In this document: positions 25,025 through 27,725 of the stretch, one piece after another
Layout: each line of letters opens with the position of its first letter
How positions within the stretch are numbered: the stretch's first letter is position 1
IMG/VR virus record: IMGVR_UViG_3300029183_000035
Coordinates: 1-27,725 of that record
Length of the DNA stretch: 27,725 nt
Source of the DNA: a virus
Taxonomy: Duplodnaviria > Caudoviricetes
Reading direction: 5' to 3' (one strand)
Notes under the pieces: model-generated
The model's input: only the letters and a program-made list of their open reading frames with translations
Database searches by the model: none
What the model was told of the DNA's origin: nothing
Program-made: the position numbers and the translations under genes

Positions 25025-26676
25025 CACCACACCTCTACTGGGTTCTCTTCGTAGTAATCGAGTTTTACTTGTCCCGCTTCGGACATCGCCGCTGCCAACG
25101 CCATGACGCCGCCCACCATGCCGTCAATCTTGCGAATGTCGTTCTGTTTTGGCTTCACGAGCATCTTGCGATTGTTGTCATCCTGCTTCACCTTGACGTG
25201 ACCCGCTTGCCAATTGAGTACCCGGTTACCGTTGTGGTGCAATTTTTCATCGACCACCAACCGTTCGTAGTCGCTCACGGGTCCCGAAAAGTTATTCATG
25301 CTCTGCGAGAACTTGAAACGGTCGATTCCCAATTCAAGTTCAAAGTATTGGGTGATATCCTCGGCAAACGTCGGATCGTAGTAACACGCGACAATGCGGA
25401 ATGTCTCGTTCAGTTCGGACACCTTCTCTTTGATGTACGACTGCTGAACGACTTGTCCGGGAATCAGAGTTAGCTCGCCTGATGCTTCCCACTCGAAGAA
25501 ACTTGCTTTGTGTTCGTTATCGCGGGCCGTTTGCTCCGGAAGCCAGAAGTAGGGCAGTTGAAGGTAATGACCTTCGTTCTCGGGATCGCGGAACACCAGC
25601 ACGACGGCAGACATGTCGTAAGTCTTGCTGAGATCCAGCCCCATCCAGCACTGATGGCCGGCTAAGTCCTTTTCCGTGAAGCGTCGTTCGCAGGCCTTCC
25701 ATTTCGTCGGGTCCAACCACGGGTTTTCGGATGTCGCCCAGATGTTTAGACGTCGCCGCTTGAAGCCGGTTAGATCGGCCAAACCCCGCTTCTTGGCCCG
25801 TTCGTAACTCTGCAAAAACTCTTCTTCGTTGATGGTGTGACCCCAGGAAGGGTTGGCCATCTCGCCGTACTTGACCGGGTCTTTATCCAAGTCCGCGTTG
25901 CTCAAGTCCTGTGGCGCCTCATACGACTCGAAGTAGAAATACGGGTCGATAATATCCCCACGCTCAACCGCCTTGCCGTACTCGTACTGACTGCGCCCGT
26001 AGCTCTCGGGATCGCTGCCGGCTGTCGAAAACTCAATTTGCATCGGCTCAGGTCGGGAGGCCCCCGCGTCTTCAATGATGCGGGCCAGGCGAGCGGAAAC
26101 AACGTGCGTCTCGTCAATCAACACGCACCCATTGATTCCTTCCTGCCCTGCTTCGTTGTCCGCTGACAGGATGGAATACGTCGACATGGAGGTATCGTGG
26201 GTGATTTGATGCGTTGTCTTGTTGATGGTGCATTCCCGGCGCAGCTCGGGGCTTTGCCGTGTCGCCATCTCTGCGTGCCGGTGGGAAATCAACGCTTGCT
26301 TCCCGTCATGGGCGCCACTGAACACTTTTTGGCCCGGTTCGCCGTCAGCGCTGAAAAGGTACAGCCCGAACCACGCCAGCGTGGGGCTCTTGGTATTCTT
26401 CTTGGGCCACCAAATAGAAGCTTTGCGAAAGCGTCTTACCCATCGGTCGTAATGCTTTGACCATCGCTCCCACCCGAAGAGTCGAGTGACCAAATCAATC
26501 TGGTGTGGAAGGGGATCGAGATATTCCCCCGAGCGTTCCCCTTCGTACAGCACAAAGCAGTTGCGGCCAAAGTTCAGCACCACCTCGGCACGCTCTAGAT
26601 TCATGCGCATCCCCTGCGCGGCCGCGTGTTCATCCGCAGCGTTGCGAATCCATTGTTGGGTGCTATCGATGGTCAT
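25024..26676 (-). CDS. terL: Terminase large subunit
   Basis: LPHQ Q-motif, PKKNTKS Walker A variant, VLIDETH Walker B, STAG, ANPSWG, GLDLS, YYDP, RKIDGMV nuclease motifs. Confidence 0.95.
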   Translation of the reverse strand: MTIDSTQQWIRNAADEHAAAQGMRMNLERAEVVLNFGRNCFVLYEGERSGEYLDPLPHQIDLVTRLFGWERWSKHYDRWVRRFRKASIWWPKKNTKSPTLAWFGLYLFSADGEPGQKVFSGAHDGKQALISHRHAEMATRQSPELRRECTINKTTHQITHDTSMSTYSILSADNEAGQEGINGCVLIDETHVVSARLARIIEDAGASRPEPMQIEFSTAGSDPESYGRSQYEYGKAVERGDIIDPYFYFESYEAPQDLSNADLDKDPVKYGEMANPSWGHTINEEEFLQSYERAKKRGLADLTGFKRRRLNIWATSENPWLDPTKWKACERRFTEKDLAGHQCWMGLDLSKTYDMSAVVLVFRDPENEGHYLQLPYFWLPEQTARDNEHKASFFEWEASGELTLIPGQVVQQSYIKEKVSELNETFRIVACYYDPTFAEDITQYFELELGIDRFKFSQSMNNFSGPVSDYERLVVDEKLHHNGNRVLNWQAGHVKVKQDDNNRKMLVKPKQNDIRKIDGMVGGVMALAAAMSEAGQVKLDYYEENPVEVW

Positions 26677-26927
26677 GGAAGTTCAATCTGTGGTGCTTCG
26701 CCTCTTAACTTCTCAAATTCAGCAGTCTTCCGTTTGTCGAGTTCGCGCAAGCGACGGACGACCTCGCGAGGAACACTCTTGGCCTTCTCAATCTCGGCAA
26801 TCAACTCGTCCACTTCCTTCAAGTCGCGTTCGACCTGGTTGGTCTCTACGATGATTTCTCGCGAGAGCTTGGCCGTTCTTTGCATGAGAGCAAGGATGAT
26901 TTTTCGCAGTGAATTAAGGTCCGCCAT
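26673..26927 (-). CDS. Small coiled-coil protein
   Basis: Abuts the upstream stop, ATGA overlap with terL; heptad pattern. Confidence 0.75.
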   Translation of the reverse strand: MADLNSLRKIILALMQRTAKLSREIIVETNQVERDLKEVDELIAEIEKAKSVPREVVRRLRELDKRKTAEFEKLRGEAPQIELP

Positions 26928-27149
26928 CTACCTTCCCCATTGAGCAAAGCGACTCAGGGAACCAACTTCCTTCTGCAGCTTGTCGATTCGAGTCGCCAGC
27001 TTCTCGAAGACTCGCCGCTTGTTGCCGGTTTCCGCCGCAATGAGACGTTCGGTTTGATTCACTTCCTCGATGATGACCAGGCCCAATTCGGCTTTCTCGA
27101 TGAGCTTACTCACGAACAACTGATACTCTCGAATTCTCGGATCGTCCAT
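26928..27149 (-). CDS. Small coiled-coil protein
   Basis: TGATG overlap with the upstream gene; helical. Confidence 0.75.
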   Translation of the reverse strand: MDDPRIREYQLFVSKLIEKAELGLVIIEEVNQTERLIAAETGNKRRVFEKLATRIDKLQKEVGSLSRFAQWGR

Positions 27150-27409
27150 CAGAGTTTGCCTGCCTTGGTGAGTGCGACATTCATTGCAACGAGCTTGTCC
27201 CAGAGTACGCTTGCCTCCGACTCGGCATTCGTAATGGCAGCAACATATTCACTTAGCTTGCGGGCAATGTCTGCTTGCCTCTCCCAAAGCTTGTCTCTCA
27301 GCCGCATCGCCCGGTCTGCCTTGCCGTGAAGCTGAATCACTTCGCTTTCAAGCTTTTCCAACTCGCGAGCAATGTTCTTGATGTCTTGTTGCGTTAAGGA
27401 TTCCGGCAT
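27149..27409 (-). CDS. Small coiled-coil protein
   Basis: Starts 2 nt after the terS stop; long heptad helix. Confidence 0.75.
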   Translation of the reverse strand: MPESLTQQDIKNIARELEKLESEVIQLHGKADRAMRLRDKLWERQADIARKLSEYVAAITNAESEASVLWDKLVAMNVALTKAGKL

Positions 27410-27411
27410 TC

Positions 27412-27725
27412 TCAGCCTCGCTTACGACCGTACTTTTCGGCAATCGTTTTCGTCTTCTCGCCAGTTCGCAAGTTCAACCGCTCTCGATCGACGGGGCTCA
27501 AGCCAATCAAGGCGCTCGCGGCCCGAAACTGTTTGGCGTACACCTCGAACGCAGATCGAATCGCAGAACTTGTTGGATCTTCTTTCGCCAATTCGTTCAC
27601 GGCTTTCCAGCGTGCGTAGCTCTCGACAGCCTGCGTTAGAATCTCGCCATCGACAGACGACAACATTTCTGATGCCGCAAACGCTTCGACAATTCGGTCC
27701 CATGCCTTGATCGTGACTGGGAAAC
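27412..27725 (-). CDS. terS: Terminase small subunit (P27-like), 5'-partial
   Basis: Frame open to the window edge: KAWDRIVEAF..LSSVDGEIL..YARW..IGLSPVDRERL (GLtP.sR motif). Confidence 0.85.
   Translation of the reverse strand, partial: FPVTIKAWDRIVEAFAASEMLSSVDGEILTQAVESYARWKAVNELAKEDPTSSAIRSAFEVYAKQFRAASALIGLSPVDRERLNLRTGEKTKTIAEKYGRKRG

Larger units (their letters stand above)
1..27725. mobile_element. Temperate HK97-like tailed phage / prophage-like element, incomplete in window
   Basis: int/xis/att, replication-like genes and a head-tail operon; no host housekeeping genes. Confidence 0.9.

Noticed and set aside
11793-27710. Numerous plus-strand ORFs opposite the morphogenesis operon
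   Set aside because: Antisense shadows of tightly packed, motif-supported minus-strand genes.
1-27725. CRISPR array, reverse transcriptase/DGR, IS transposase, rRNA
   Set aside because: No repeat-spacer periodicity, no RT-like ORF, no long TR/VR repeat pair and no DDE transposase noticed by eye.
19125-27725. Capsid-forming PICI/satellite interpretation
   Set aside because: The element encodes its own tube, chaperones, tape measure and tip genes, which cf-PICIs lack.

Overview
The whole window reads as one temperate, HK97-fold, long-tailed (siphovirus-like) phage or phage-like element. The host is probably a Planctomycete; this is inferred from the exported SHD1+LRR cargo protein and the style of the tail genes. 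From left to right: a partial HTH gene; a structured leader; a compact PolA/T7-superfamily-like polymerase gene with an internal strand-composition flip (possible origin); a ParB/Srx-like gene; the 3' half of tRNA-Glu(CTC) with near-identical arm repeats on BOTH sides (attP-like); a leftward operon (HTH-ParB-TOPRIM fusion, excisionase, tyrosine integrase); a divergent pair of paralogous zinc-finger genes around an AT-rich, palindrome-rich spacer, where a cI/cro switch would normally sit (no HTH-type cI/cro repressor is visible); accessory genes; and a minus-strand morphogenesis operon running from small terminase to tail tip. The late operon has several oddities: six small helical genes interleaved around the large terminase, a long G.U-rich hairpin before the capsid gene, a very basic extension on the neck protein, duplicated tail chaperones, a -1 frameshift site, a short tape measure and no recognisable lysis genes. 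All product calls come from recognising motifs by eye; no database searches were run.
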